This document shows positions 103,446-113,800 of a DNA stretch of 248,000 bases, in pieces. Source of the stretch: Hyalangium minutum (GTDB lineage Bacteria > Myxococcota > Myxococcia > Myxococcales > Myxococcaceae); assembly GCF_000737315.1 (NCBI RefSeq), contig NZ_JMCB01000006.1, positions 764,001-1,012,000 of the forward strand. Direction: 5' to 3'. The first letter of the stretch is position 1. Each line of letters starts with the position of its first letter. The notes below the pieces were generated by a model. That model saw nothing but the letters and a program-made list of their open reading frames with translations, did not search any database and was not told where the DNA came from. A program made the position numbers and the translations under genes.

Positions 103446-105341
103446 ATGAACCGACCCACCTCTCTCTCAAAGCGAATGGGCGCGCCTGCGGCCCGCCTGA
103501 GTCTCCTTGCCGCGCTGGTGCTCAGCACCTCCGCCCTGGCCCAGCCGGCCGGTCTGCCCCAGTTCGAAGTGGAGCGCCTGGAGTTCAATCCCAGCGGCGC
103601 GGGCTCGCTGCTGGTGAACTCCGGCCAGCTGCTGCCGAATGGCCGCTTCCGGCTCTCGCTCGTGGGTCACTACGAGAACAAGCCGCTGACGCCCGAGCTG
103701 ATTGATGCCTCCGTGGAGGGTGGGTTCCGCGAGGTGACGCTGGTGAGCCACCGCACCACGGGCCACCTCATCGCCGCCTACGGCCTGGGCGACACGCTCG
103801 AGGTGGGCCTGCAGGTGCCCCTCATCCTCAGCCAGGAGCAGGGCAACCTGGAAGGCACCGGCTTCGGCCAGCCCACGGGCGGCTTCAAGCTGGGCACGCC
103901 CATCGCCAACTTCAACATCGGCGTGCTGAACCAGTCCGAGGCCATCCCCGTGGACCTGGCGGCCGGCGTGAGCGTGGGCTTCCCCATTGGCAGCGATCGG
104001 GCGCTGGCTCGTGAGAACTCGCTGCGCGCCATTCCCCGCATCATGGTGGGCCGTGAGACCGAGGGCCTGCGCGCGGGCTTCGAGCTCGGCGCCGACCTGC
104101 GTCCGCGCGTGAGCATCGGCGAGGGCGACAACAGCGAGGCCTACAACCGCCTGCGCCTGGGCGCCGCGGTGTCCACCACCGGCGAGGGCCTGCGCTACGA
104201 GGCCGACATCCTCATGTGGATTCCGTTCGGCCACGAGTTCCTCGCCGCTGAGACGCTGGTGGGCGTGCGTGGCCCCGTGTCCAACGACGTCGAGGTGTTC
104301 GCCCTCGGCGGCCTGGGCTTTGGCGACACGCTGGGCAACCCGAACTTCCGCGTGATGATGGGCGCGGCCTTCGGCGGCATGCCGCCCAAGTGCGTGGCGG
104401 GCGCCAAGCACGAGCCCTCGCAGTGCCCGGATCTGGATGACGACAACGACGGCGTGAAGAACCGTGACGACGCCTGCCCCAAGGAGGGTGGCAAGGTGGA
104501 CGCCAAGGGCTGCCCCATTCCGGACCAGGACAAGGACGGCGTGGCGGACTCGGCCGACAAGTGCCCGACGGTGGCTGGCGCCGAGTCGGCGCAGGGCTGC
104601 CCGGACCAGGACGGCGACAGCGTGCCGGACTCCGCGGACAAGTGCCCCGCCCTCAAGGGCTCTCCGGATCGCCAGGGCTGCCCGGACACGGACGGCGATG
104701 GCCTGGATGACGCGGCCGACAAGTGCCCGAACGAGGCCGGTCCGGTGGACCGCCAGGGCTGCCCGGCGAAGGACTCGGACAACGACAAGATTCTCGACGA
104801 GAACGACAGCTGCCCGAACGAGGCCGGTATCCCCGAGCTGAAGGGCTGCCCCGCCAAGGACACGGACAATGACGGCGTGGCCGACCACCTGGACAACTGC
104901 ATCAACCAGGCGGGCCCCGCGGAGAACCAGGGCTGCCCCGCGGCTCAGAAGCAGCTGATCGTCATCAAGCAGGACCGCATCGACATCAAGGACAAGGTGT
105001 ACTTCGACTCGGGTGCGGCCACCATCCAGGCGCGCTCCAACGCGCTGCTGGACCAGATGGCCAAGGTGCTCGGCGAGCACCCGGAGATCACCAAGGTCAT
105101 CATCGAGGGCCACACGGATGACCGCGGTCCTGCCGAAGTCAACCGCACCCTGTCCCAGCAGCGCGCGGAGGCCGTGCGCGACTACCTGGTGAAGAAGGGC
105201 GTGGCCGCCGAGCGCTTCGAGGCCAAGGGCTTCGGCCCGGATCGCCCGGTGCAGCCCAACACCACCAACGAGGGCCGCGCCGCCAACCGCCGCGTGGAGT
105301 TCCTCACCCGCTACGCCGAGGACGGCGCGGCGAAGCAGTAA
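103446..105341 (+). CDS. OmpA-family beta-barrel with thrombospondin type 3 repeats (TraB-like)
   Basis: Signal peptide, D-x-D-x-D-G CP repeats, IEGHTD, NRRVEF. Confidence 0.88.
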   Translation: MNRPTSLSKRMGAPAARLSLLAALVLSTSALAQPAGLPQFEVERLEFNPSGAGSLLVNSGQLLPNGRFRLSLVGHYENKPLTPELIDASVEGGFREVTLVSHRTTGHLIAAYGLGDTLEVGLQVPLILSQEQGNLEGTGFGQPTGGFKLGTPIANFNIGVLNQSEAIPVDLAAGVSVGFPIGSDRALARENSLRAIPRIMVGRETEGLRAGFELGADLRPRVSIGEGDNSEAYNRLRLGAAVSTTGEGLRYEADILMWIPFGHEFLAAETLVGVRGPVSNDVEVFALGGLGFGDTLGNPNFRVMMGAAFGGMPPKCVAGAKHEPSQCPDLDDDNDGVKNRDDACPKEGGKVDAKGCPIPDQDKDGVADSADKCPTVAGAESAQGCPDQDGDSVPDSADKCPALKGSPDRQGCPDTDGDGLDDAADKCPNEAGPVDRQGCPAKDSDNDKILDENDSCPNEAGIPELKGCPAKDTDNDGVADHLDNCINQAGPAENQGCPAAQKQLIVIKQDRIDIKDKVYFDSGAATIQARSNALLDQMAKVLGEHPEITKVIIEGHTDDRGPAEVNRTLSQQRAEAVRDYLVKKGVAAERFEAKGFGPDRPVQPNTTNEGRAANRRVEFLTRYAEDGAAKQ

Positions 105342-105937
105342 CCTCCGGCGGTCTCCCCGGCTGAAGGGCCGGGGGCCCGCGCGGTGAGAGGCCGAGGCTC
105401 CGTACCCCTCGAGGGGCGCGGCACCTCGGCCTCTTCCTTTTGGAGCAGGCAGGGGAGGGAGCGCCGTTGGGTCCCGACGACTGGCATGTCAGCGATGGGC
105501 CTGACGCGTCAGCGTCTGAAACCGACGCACCGCCGCTCTGATGCGAGGCACGGGCCTCTCTGCGGCGAAGCGCGACATCCGCACCCCACGGCGCCGCCCA
105601 AGTGCCTGGAACTCCTCACTGCCGAGGGGAGGACACCCGGCTGTGGCAGAACGCGACAGTGCCGCGTCATGCTCCACGCGCCGAGAGGCGAAGGGGGCCG
105701 TGCACTCCATGATTTCGATGGGTTGCTGGCTCGGTTGGAGCGGCACCGGCTTTGCTGGATAGCCAACGGACCCATTGAAGTCTTGGCGGGGAAGTGGAAA
105801 ACCGCCCCACTCACGGTTAACTCGCGCCACCTCGTGCCCCCCCGGGGATGCAGCCAGAACGCTCCTCGATTGACATGCCCTGAAACTGGCTCCGCGCCCT
105901 TGGCCCATCTTGTTGACTCTGCTGGAAAGACCACGAC

Positions 105938-107848
105938 ATGACTGAAGACACACCGCTCGCGGGCTCGTTCGAAGGAGACACCCGCCGGGCGCTCCAGAAG
106001 CGACCCTCCCCTGCGCTGGCGTTGCCGCTGGCGCTCGCCGCCTGCCTGATCAGCGCCACGGCGCTCGCGCAGCCCGCGGGGCTCCCCGAGGTCGAACTGG
106101 AGCGACTGTCGCTCAACCCCAGTGGCCAGGGTTCGTTGCTGCTGGGCACCGGCGAGCTGCTGCAGAACGGCGCGTACCGCTTCTCCCTCACGGGCCATTA
106201 CGAGAATGATCCGCTCGTGTTCTTCCTGGACGGGGAGCGCATCGGCTCGGTGGTGAAGCACCGGGTGACGGGCCACCTGACGGGCGCGTATGCCCTGTCG
106301 AACCGGCTCGAGGTGTCCGCGCAGGTGCCCGTGCTCTTCATGCAGAGCGGGGACGATATGACGGCCCGCGGCGTGGGGACTCCTCGGAAGGGGCTGTCGC
106401 TGGGCACGCCGTACCTGGGGCTGCGACTGGGCGTGCTGTCCGAGCGTGATGCAGACGTGGTGGACCTCTCCATTGGCGTCCAGGCGGGCCTGCCGCTGGG
106501 CAGCGCCACGGCGCTGGCCCGGGAGAGCTCCCTGCGCGCCCTGCCCAGCATCATGGTGGGCAAGCGGTTCGGCTTCCTGCGCGCGGGTCTGGACGCGGGC
106601 GCGATGCTGCGTCCGCGGGTGGCCCTGGGCAATGAGAGCGTGAAGGATGAGCTGGGCGACGAGCTGCGCCTGGGCGGCGTCGTGTCCACCACGGGCGAGG
106701 GGCTGCGCGGCGAGCTGGATGTGATCGCCTCCATCCCCTTCCGGCGCGAGGGCACCTCCGTCGAGGCGTTGGCCGGCGCGCGCATGCCGCTGAGTGAGGC
106801 GCTGGAGGCCTACGCGCTGGCGGGCGTGGGCTTTGGCAATGCGCCGGGCACGCCGACTTTCCGCGGACTGCTGGGCGTGGCCTACGGGAGCACGCCGCCC
106901 AAGTGCGTGGCGGGCGGTCAGCACACGCCCGAGCAGTGCCCGGATCTGGATGATGACAATGACGGGGTGAAGAACCGCGTGGACGCGTGCCCGACGCAGG
107001 GTGGGCGCGTGGACGCGTCAGGCTGCCCGCTGAAGGACACGGACCAGGACGGCGTGCTGGATCAGGACGACTCTTGCCCGACGGTGGCCGGCGAGGCCGC
107101 GCTCAAGGGCTGCCCGGACGCGGACAAGGACGGCATCGAGGACGCGGCGGACAAGTGCCCGCAGGTGTTCGGCCTGGCGCAGTTCCAGGGCTGCCCGGAC
107201 ACGGACAAGGACGGCATCGAGGACTCGGCGGACAAGTGCCCCACCGAGGCGGGTCCGGCCGAGCGCCAGGGCTGCCCGGTGCGTGACACGGACAAGGACG
107301 GCTTCGTGGACGAGCAGGACAGCTGCCCGAACGAGCCCGGCATCGCCGAGCTGAAGGGCTGCCCGGCCAAGGACAGCGACAATGACGGCGTGGCGGACCA
107401 CCGCGACAACTGCCCGACCGAGGCGGGTCCCGCGGACAACCAGGGTTGCCCGGCCAAGCAGAAGCAGCAGGTGGCCATCCAGTCCGGCCGCATCGAGCTG
107501 AAGGACACGGTCTACTTCGACACGGCCAAGGCGACCATCCAGTCGCGCAGCTTCAAGCTGCTGGATCAGGTGGCGAGTATCCTCAAGGCGCACCCGGAGC
107601 TGGATCGGGTGGTCATCGAGGGCCACACGGACAACCAGGGCAAGCCGGCCGCGAACATGACGCTGTCTCACCGGCGTGCGGAGGCGGTGCGCAACTACCT
107701 CATCAACAAGGGGGTGGAGCCGCAGCGCCTGGAGGCCAAGGGCTATGGGCAGGAGCGGCCCATCGCTGACAACAAGACTGCGAAGGGCCGGGCGACGAAC
107801 CGCCGGGTCGACTTCATCACCGCGCCTCGCGAGGGCACCCAGCAGTAA
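105938..107848 (+). CDS. OmpA-family beta-barrel with TSP3 repeats (paralog)
   Basis: Same architecture as the upstream gene. Confidence 0.88.
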   Translation: MTEDTPLAGSFEGDTRRALQKRPSPALALPLALAACLISATALAQPAGLPEVELERLSLNPSGQGSLLLGTGELLQNGAYRFSLTGHYENDPLVFFLDGERIGSVVKHRVTGHLTGAYALSNRLEVSAQVPVLFMQSGDDMTARGVGTPRKGLSLGTPYLGLRLGVLSERDADVVDLSIGVQAGLPLGSATALARESSLRALPSIMVGKRFGFLRAGLDAGAMLRPRVALGNESVKDELGDELRLGGVVSTTGEGLRGELDVIASIPFRREGTSVEALAGARMPLSEALEAYALAGVGFGNAPGTPTFRGLLGVAYGSTPPKCVAGGQHTPEQCPDLDDDNDGVKNRVDACPTQGGRVDASGCPLKDTDQDGVLDQDDSCPTVAGEAALKGCPDADKDGIEDAADKCPQVFGLAQFQGCPDTDKDGIEDSADKCPTEAGPAERQGCPVRDTDKDGFVDEQDSCPNEPGIAELKGCPAKDSDNDGVADHRDNCPTEAGPADNQGCPAKQKQQVAIQSGRIELKDTVYFDTAKATIQSRSFKLLDQVASILKAHPELDRVVIEGHTDNQGKPAANMTLSHRRAEAVRNYLINKGVEPQRLEAKGYGQERPIADNKTAKGRATNRRVDFITAPREGTQQ

Positions 107849-107865
107849 GCGGGGGGAACAGACAC

Positions 107866-110800
107866 ATGAGGAATGCATCCTTGAAGAACATCCTTCGCAA
107901 CGCACTGCTGGCCGTCACCCTGTGCGCGCTGCCAGCCATGGCAGGGCGGGACATCTACCTGCTGGGTGACGGGAGCGACGGAGTGCTCGACGTCACCACG
108001 AGCCTGCCGGCCCCGGTCGTCATCAACAGCTACGCCCGGGTCACGACCGACGCGGCCGTGGGTGCCACTGAGCTGCTCGTGGACACCAACACGGGCTTCA
108101 GTCCCGGGGATCTCGTGCTGGTGCACCAGTCCACGGGGTACACCCCTGAGCCGACGCCGGGTGACATCTCGGACATCAACCTCACCACCGGCGCGGTGGG
108201 CCGCTGGGAGCTGGCGCGGCTCAGCATGGCGGCGGCAGAGCCGGGCAAGCTGAAGCTGGCCTCACCGCTGCTCTACGCTTACACGGCGACGGGCGCGCAG
108301 GCCGTCAAGGTGCCCGAGTACACGAACGTCACCATCCGGGGCGGCGCGGTGCTGACCGCCTCTGCCTGGGACGGCTCCAAGGGTGGCATCCTGGCCTTCC
108401 TGGCCAACGGCAGCGTGGTCATCGAGTCGGCAGCCGCCATCGACGTCACGGGCAAGGGCTTCCGGGGTGGGCTGTACGTCAAAGACTCCACGACGACCCG
108501 CCGGGGATGCTCCGGCATCACCGAGGGTTCGCCCGGCGGCGCTCAGCGGGCCGAGGGTGTCGCACGCGGTCTGTACGGCGCCAGCTCCACCGGACGCGGC
108601 AATGGTGCCAACGGTGGCGGTGGAGGCGTGTGCTACCTGGCAGGCGGCGCGGGCGGCGGCAGCGCGGGCCGGGGCGGTGATGGCGGCAAGACGCACTCCT
108701 CGGCGGATGGCGCGCGCGCTGTGGGAGGCATCGGCGGCTCCAAGTTCAGCAGCACCGTCGATCCGCTCAACCGGATGGTCTTTGGCGGCGGTGGCGGCTC
108801 GGGCCACGGCATCGTTGATCTGACGCCTCCGGCGAACCAGGGAGGCGCGGGTGGCGGCATCATCTTCATGCGGGCCCAGTCCTTGGACGGCGGTGACGGC
108901 ATCATCCTGGCCAATGGCGGCTCCGGCCCCACCATCCAAGGCAACACCACCCTGAGCGGCGCGTTTGGTGGAGGCGGCGGCGGCACGGTGTACCTGCGCT
109001 TCGCCCAGCTCGCGAACTGCAACGTGCTCTCTCAGGGCGGCCGCGGCGGCGATACAAGCCTCAATACGGCCTTCATTGGCCCGGGTGGCGGTGGTGGCGG
109101 TGGGCTCCTGCTCCTGCAGTCCCAGACGGGCTCTTGCACAGTCTTCGCCGATGGAGCAGTCGCGGGCCAGACGCCCACGCAGCGTCCCGGCGACACTGTG
109201 AACTACGGCGCGAGCCCCGGAATCCCGGGCAAGGTGGAACAGATCCTCAATGATGGCTTCCCCGAGACCATGCCGGTTCCCGTGGTGGTCACCCCCGCCA
109301 ACGGGAGTTCCACCAACAACCTGCGGCCCACCTTCTCGGGCACGCTCGACCCGGCCTTCCCGCCGGGTTCCGAGATCATCCTCACGGTGACGATCGGCGC
109401 GACCACGCTGACCATCCCCCGCCTGCCCGCAGCGGCCAACTGGAGCTTCACGCCGACCTCGGATCTGGCGGTGGGCACCTACACCGTCTCGGCCGTGCTC
109501 ACGAAGCAGGAGGTCTACAGCCAACAGAGCAACACCAACACCTTCACGATCGACATCACCGCGCCCGCGGCGCCGGTGGTGGTAACGCCGGCCAACGGCT
109601 CGCGGACCAATGACAACACGCCGACGTACACGGGTACGGCGGAGCCGGGCAGCACCGTCACGGTGCGCGTGGACGGCACCTCGGTGGGAACTGTCATGGC
109701 GGACGCGTCGGGCAACTGGACGCTCACGCCCACCGCGCCCCTGGCGAACGGCTCGCACACGGTGAATGCCACGGCGACGGACGCGGCGGGCAACGTCAGC
109801 CCCGTGTCCAACACCAACACCTTCACGGTGGACGCCACGCCGCCGACGGTGGTGGTGCAGACGCCTGCGGAGGGCTCGACCACCAATGACAACACGCCGA
109901 CCTACAGCGGCACGGTGTCGGACAACAATCCTGGCCCGTACACGGTGGAGATCCGGGTGGATGGCACCCTGCTGACCACCCTGACGGTGCCGGGCCCGAA
110001 CTGGACGTACACGCCGACGACGCCGCTGGCGGATGGCCCGCACACGGTGACGGCCACGGCGACGGATGCGGTGAACAACACGGCCACCGACAGCAATGCC
110101 TTCGCGGTGGATGCGACGCCTCCGACGGTGGTGGTGCAGACGCCCGCAGAGGGTTCGACGACCACCGATAACACGCCGACCTACAGCGGCACGGTGGAGG
110201 CCGGAGCGACGGTGACGCTGACGGTGGACGGCGTCGCGGTGGGCCCAGTGGTTGTGACGGGCACGACGTGGACGTACACGCCGACGACGCCGCTGGCGGA
110301 TGGGCCGCACACGGTGACGGCCACGGCGACGGACGCTGCGGGCAACACGGCCACCGACAGCAACGCCTTCACGGTGGACGCCACGCCTCCGGCGGTGGTG
110401 GTGCAGACGCCTGCCGAGGGCTCGACGACCACCGATAACACGCCGACCTACAGCGGTACGGTGGAAGCGGGAGCGACGGTGACGTTGACGGTGGACGGCG
110501 TCGCGGTGGGCCCGGTGGTTGTGACGGGCACGACGTGGACGTACACGCCGACGACGCCGCTGGCGGATGGCCCGCACACGGTGACAGCCACGGCGACGGA
110601 TGCGGCGGGCAACACGGCCACCGACAGCAACGCCTTCACGGTGGACGCCACGCCTCCGGCGGTGGTGGTGCAGACGCCTGCGGAGGGTTCGACGACCACC
110701 GATAACACGCCGACCTACAGCGGCACGGTGGAGGCGGGAGCGACGGTGACGTTGACGGTGGACGGCGTCGCGGTGGGCCCGGTGATTGTGATGGGCACGA

Positions 110801-112143
110801 TGTGGACGTACACGCCGACGACGCCGCTGGCGGATGGGCCGCACACGGTGACGGCCACGGCGACGGACGCTGCGGGCAACACGGCCACCGACAGCAATGC
110901 TTTCACGGTGGACGCCACGGCTCCGGCGGTGTCGGTGACGACGCCTGCGGAGGGCTCGCTGATCAACGACAGCACGCCGGTCTACAGCGGCACGGCCGAG
111001 CCGGGCAGCAGTGTCTCGGTGAGCGTGGATGGCACGGTGGTGGGGACAGTCACGGCGGATGCCAGCGGTAACTGGACCGTCACCTCCAGCACTCCGCTGC
111101 CGGATGGTCCGCACACGGTGACGGCCACGGCCACGGACGCGGCGGGCAACACGGCCACCGACAGCAACACCTTCACGGTGGACACCGTGGCGCCGGGCGC
111201 TCCGGTGGTGAACACGCCGGCCGACGGCTCGACCATCGCCGACAACACGCCGACCTACAGTGGCACCGCCGATCCGGGCAGCACCGTCACCATCAGCGTG
111301 GATGGCACGGTGGTGGGCACCACCACTGCGGACTCCAACGGCGACTGGAGCTTCACGCCGGGCACGGGCATTTCGAACGGCTCGCACACAGTGAACGCCA
111401 CGGCCTCGGACGCCGCGGGCAACGTCAGCCCCGTGTCCAACACCAACACGTTCACGGTGGATGCCTCCATCCCGGCCGCTCCGGTCATCACCGGTCCCGC
111501 CAACAACACGGTGACGGATGACAACACGCCCGTCATCTCCGGCACGGCCCCGCCGAACAGCACGGTCACCGTGTACGTCGATGGCACCCCGGTGGGCACC
111601 ACCACCTCGGACGCGGCGGGCAACTGGACGTTCACGCCGACCACCCCGCTGGCCGACGGTCCGCATGACATCACCGCCACCACGACGAACGGCGTGGGCA
111701 ACGTCAGCCCGGTGTCCAACACCGTCCACATCACCATCGACACGGGCGTGCCGGACACCTCCATCGTCTCCGGACCCTCGGGCGAGACGCAGAGCACCAG
111801 CGCCACATTCGAGTTCGGCTCCACCGAGTCTGGCGTCACCTACGAGTGCAAGCTCGACGGTGCGGCGGAGTTCACGGAGTGCCCGAACCCGGCCACCTTC
111901 GCGAACCTCGCCCCGGGCCAGCACACCCTCGAGGTGCGCGCCCGTGACTCGGCCGGCAATGTGGATCCGACTCCGGCCACCGCCACGTGGACTGTCGTGC
112001 AGACCCCGCCCACCGGCGGCGATCGCGACTTCCTCGGCGACGGCATCGGCTGCGCGGCCTCGGGCGGTGATCCGTCCGCGCTGGCGATGATGGGCCTGGG
112101 CCTGCTCGCGGTGATGGTGGTCCGCCGGCGGCGCCAGCAGTAG
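107866..112143 (+). CDS. AgmC-like Ig-repeat surface protein with MYXO-CTERM
   Basis: Gly-rich N-domain, Big repeats, GCAASGG..hydrophobic..RRRRQQ tail. Confidence 0.8.
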   Translation: MRNASLKNILRNALLAVTLCALPAMAGRDIYLLGDGSDGVLDVTTSLPAPVVINSYARVTTDAAVGATELLVDTNTGFSPGDLVLVHQSTGYTPEPTPGDISDINLTTGAVGRWELARLSMAAAEPGKLKLASPLLYAYTATGAQAVKVPEYTNVTIRGGAVLTASAWDGSKGGILAFLANGSVVIESAAAIDVTGKGFRGGLYVKDSTTTRRGCSGITEGSPGGAQRAEGVARGLYGASSTGRGNGANGGGGGVCYLAGGAGGGSAGRGGDGGKTHSSADGARAVGGIGGSKFSSTVDPLNRMVFGGGGGSGHGIVDLTPPANQGGAGGGIIFMRAQSLDGGDGIILANGGSGPTIQGNTTLSGAFGGGGGGTVYLRFAQLANCNVLSQGGRGGDTSLNTAFIGPGGGGGGGLLLLQSQTGSCTVFADGAVAGQTPTQRPGDTVNYGASPGIPGKVEQILNDGFPETMPVPVVVTPANGSSTNNLRPTFSGTLDPAFPPGSEIILTVTIGATTLTIPRLPAAANWSFTPTSDLAVGTYTVSAVLTKQEVYSQQSNTNTFTIDITAPAAPVVVTPANGSRTNDNTPTYTGTAEPGSTVTVRVDGTSVGTVMADASGNWTLTPTAPLANGSHTVNATATDAAGNVSPVSNTNTFTVDATPPTVVVQTPAEGSTTNDNTPTYSGTVSDNNPGPYTVEIRVDGTLLTTLTVPGPNWTYTPTTPLADGPHTVTATATDAVNNTATDSNAFAVDATPPTVVVQTPAEGSTTTDNTPTYSGTVEAGATVTLTVDGVAVGPVVVTGTTWTYTPTTPLADGPHTVTATATDAAGNTATDSNAFTVDATPPAVVVQTPAEGSTTTDNTPTYSGTVEAGATVTLTVDGVAVGPVVVTGTTWTYTPTTPLADGPHTVTATATDAAGNTATDSNAFTVDATPPAVVVQTPAEGSTTTDNTPTYSGTVEAGATVTLTVDGVAVGPVIVMGTMWTYTPTTPLADGPHTVTATATDAAGNTATDSNAFTVDATAPAVSVTTPAEGSLINDSTPVYSGTAEPGSSVSVSVDGTVVGTVTADASGNWTVTSSTPLPDGPHTVTATATDAAGNTATDSNTFTVDTVAPGAPVVNTPADGSTIADNTPTYSGTADPGSTVTISVDGTVVGTTTADSNGDWSFTPGTGISNGSHTVNATASDAAGNVSPVSNTNTFTVDASIPAAPVITGPANNTVTDDNTPVISGTAPPNSTVTVYVDGTPVGTTTSDAAGNWTFTPTTPLADGPHDITATTTNGVGNVSPVSNTVHITIDTGVPDTSIVSGPSGETQSTSATFEFGSTESGVTYECKLDGAAEFTECPNPATFANLAPGQHTLEVRARDSAGNVDPTPATATWTVVQTPPTGGDRDFLGDGIGCAASGGDPSALAMMGLGLLAVMVVRRRRQQ
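110110..110910 (+). repeat. Three near-identical 267 bp tandem units encoding Ig domains
   Basis: Antisense ORFs at 110181, 110448, 110715 repeat with a 267 bp period. Confidence 0.85.
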
Positions 112144-112290
112144 CTCCTCCCGGCGATGGGTAGGCTCGTGGCCCGGTGCTGTCAGCACCGGGCCACCTCG
112201 TGGGCGAGGCGCTCAAGCCGCTCCGCGGGTTCGCTTCACGCAGCCTTGGGCCGGTGAGTCACGGGACGCGCTCGGACCACCGGCGGATTG

Positions 112291-112890
112291 TCATTGCGGC
112301 GTATCCGAAGGTGGTGGGGCGGCGGGTGGCGGTGAGGATGGGGTTGTTGGAGATGGGGGAGGGGTTGGTGCGGGCGCGGTGGCCGGCATAGGGGGCGGCT
112401 CAGGCGTACCGGGGGACGTCTCACGCTCCGGAGCCACTGGCGGTTCGGGAGAAGCGGGAGGGGGTCCAACCCAATCCCCCCGCGGTGGAGGGGCCTCGGC
112501 CACCACCTCGCCTTGAGGAGTGACTGCGTACACATACCGCCAGTCGAGAACGCGTCCGCTCGGGCCGCCGCATCGATGAAAGCGCTGCTCCAGCACGACG
112601 TAGTACAAGCCCGGCGTCGGGCCCGTGAAGACAGCGACATCCAAGCCCTGCTCAGGACTGGCGCATCCGTCGAAGAGCCCTGGAAACGGCTGGGTTCTCA
112701 CCAACTCGCGAACGGCCGCCGCTGCGGCGACCGCTGCACCCGCCTCTACAGGCGCGACAAGCGTCTTGACCGATTGCTCGTCTTGTTCGGTCTCCGGCCA
112801 CACCACGGGTTCCTTCCAAGCGGCAGCCCTGGGAGCACCACACCCGGACACCATCGCGACGACCCCTGCAAGCGCGTATCTCCTGAACAT
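112291..112890 (-). CDS. Lipoprotein with Pro-rich tail, copy 2
   Basis: Lipobox VSGC; WPETEQDEQSVK..GPTPGLYYVV. Confidence 0.7.
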   Translation of the reverse strand: MFRRYALAGVVAMVSGCGAPRAAAWKEPVVWPETEQDEQSVKTLVAPVEAGAAVAAAAAVRELVRTQPFPGLFDGCASPEQGLDVAVFTGPTPGLYYVVLEQRFHRCGGPSGRVLDWRYVYAVTPQGEVVAEAPPPRGDWVGPPPASPEPPVAPERETSPGTPEPPPMPATAPAPTPPPSPTTPSSPPPAAPPPSDTPQ

Positions 112891-113149
112891 TTCGTTTCTC
112901 CCTTCCGCTGCGGGGTAGCATCCGGCAAGCGGCTACTCGCGCAACAGCTGCAGAGATCCCTCACGGCATCGAGGCACGGTGATACGGAGGCGAGTAGGTT
113001 CGCTCGGGGCACAATGGCCGAGAGTGATGTGTCCGTGGGCGACGCACTGAGATCAATGTGCGCCCCCAATCCTCTCTTTGGCGACCTCCTGCTCAAACTC
113101 GGAATCGTCACGCCCAGCCAGGCCCAGGAAGTGCTCGCGCTGCAACCCC

Positions 113150-113791
113150 TCACCCGGGCGGAACCGGCGCCGGGGAGGTGGAAGGTGGTGATGCTGGGGG
113201 AGGGGCAGCCGGAGTTGGGGCGGCAGGCGCTGGTGGAGGCGGAGAGGTTGGCCCTGGAGTGGGCGCAGGCGTACCGGTGCGCGTTTCCGGAGGGGGAGCA
113301 GCAGGTGGCGGTGTTGGCTCGGGTGCAGCAGGGCCTCGGCGGGGAGGGGAGGAGACAGGCGGTTCCCCCCGCGGTGGCGGGGCCTTCTCCACTACCTCAC
113401 CTTGGGGAGTGACTGCGTACACATAGTCCCAGTCGAGAAGGCGCCCGATGGGGCCACCGCACCGATCGAAGCGCTCCTCCAAGACCACGTAATACAGGCC
113501 GGGCGTTGGGCCCGTGAAGACGGCGACATCCATTCCCTGCTCAGGACTGGCGCACCCCTGGAAGAGCCTTGGAAACGGGTTGGTTTTCACCATCTCGCGG
113601 ATGGCGGCCGCTGCGGCGAGCGCGGCCCCCGCCTCCGTCAGGGGGACGATGGTCTTGACCGATTGCTCGTCTTGCTCGGTCTCCGGCCACTTCACCCCTC
113701 CCTTCCAGGAGGCAGCGGGCGCGGCGCAACCCTGCAGCATCGCCACGAGCACAGCGGATGCACACGCCTTGATCATTTCTCTCTCCTGCAT
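113150..113791 (-). CDS. Lipoprotein with Pro-rich tail, copy 1
   Basis: Lipobox LQGC; paralog of 112291. Confidence 0.7.
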   Translation of the reverse strand: MQEREMIKACASAVLVAMLQGCAAPAASWKGGVKWPETEQDEQSVKTIVPLTEAGAALAAAAAIREMVKTNPFPRLFQGCASPEQGMDVAVFTGPTPGLYYVVLEERFDRCGGPIGRLLDWDYVYAVTPQGEVVEKAPPPRGEPPVSSPPRRGPAAPEPTPPPAAPPPETRTGTPAPTPGPTSPPPPAPAAPTPAAPPPASPPSTSPAPVPPG

Positions 113792-113800
113792 CGCACCCGT

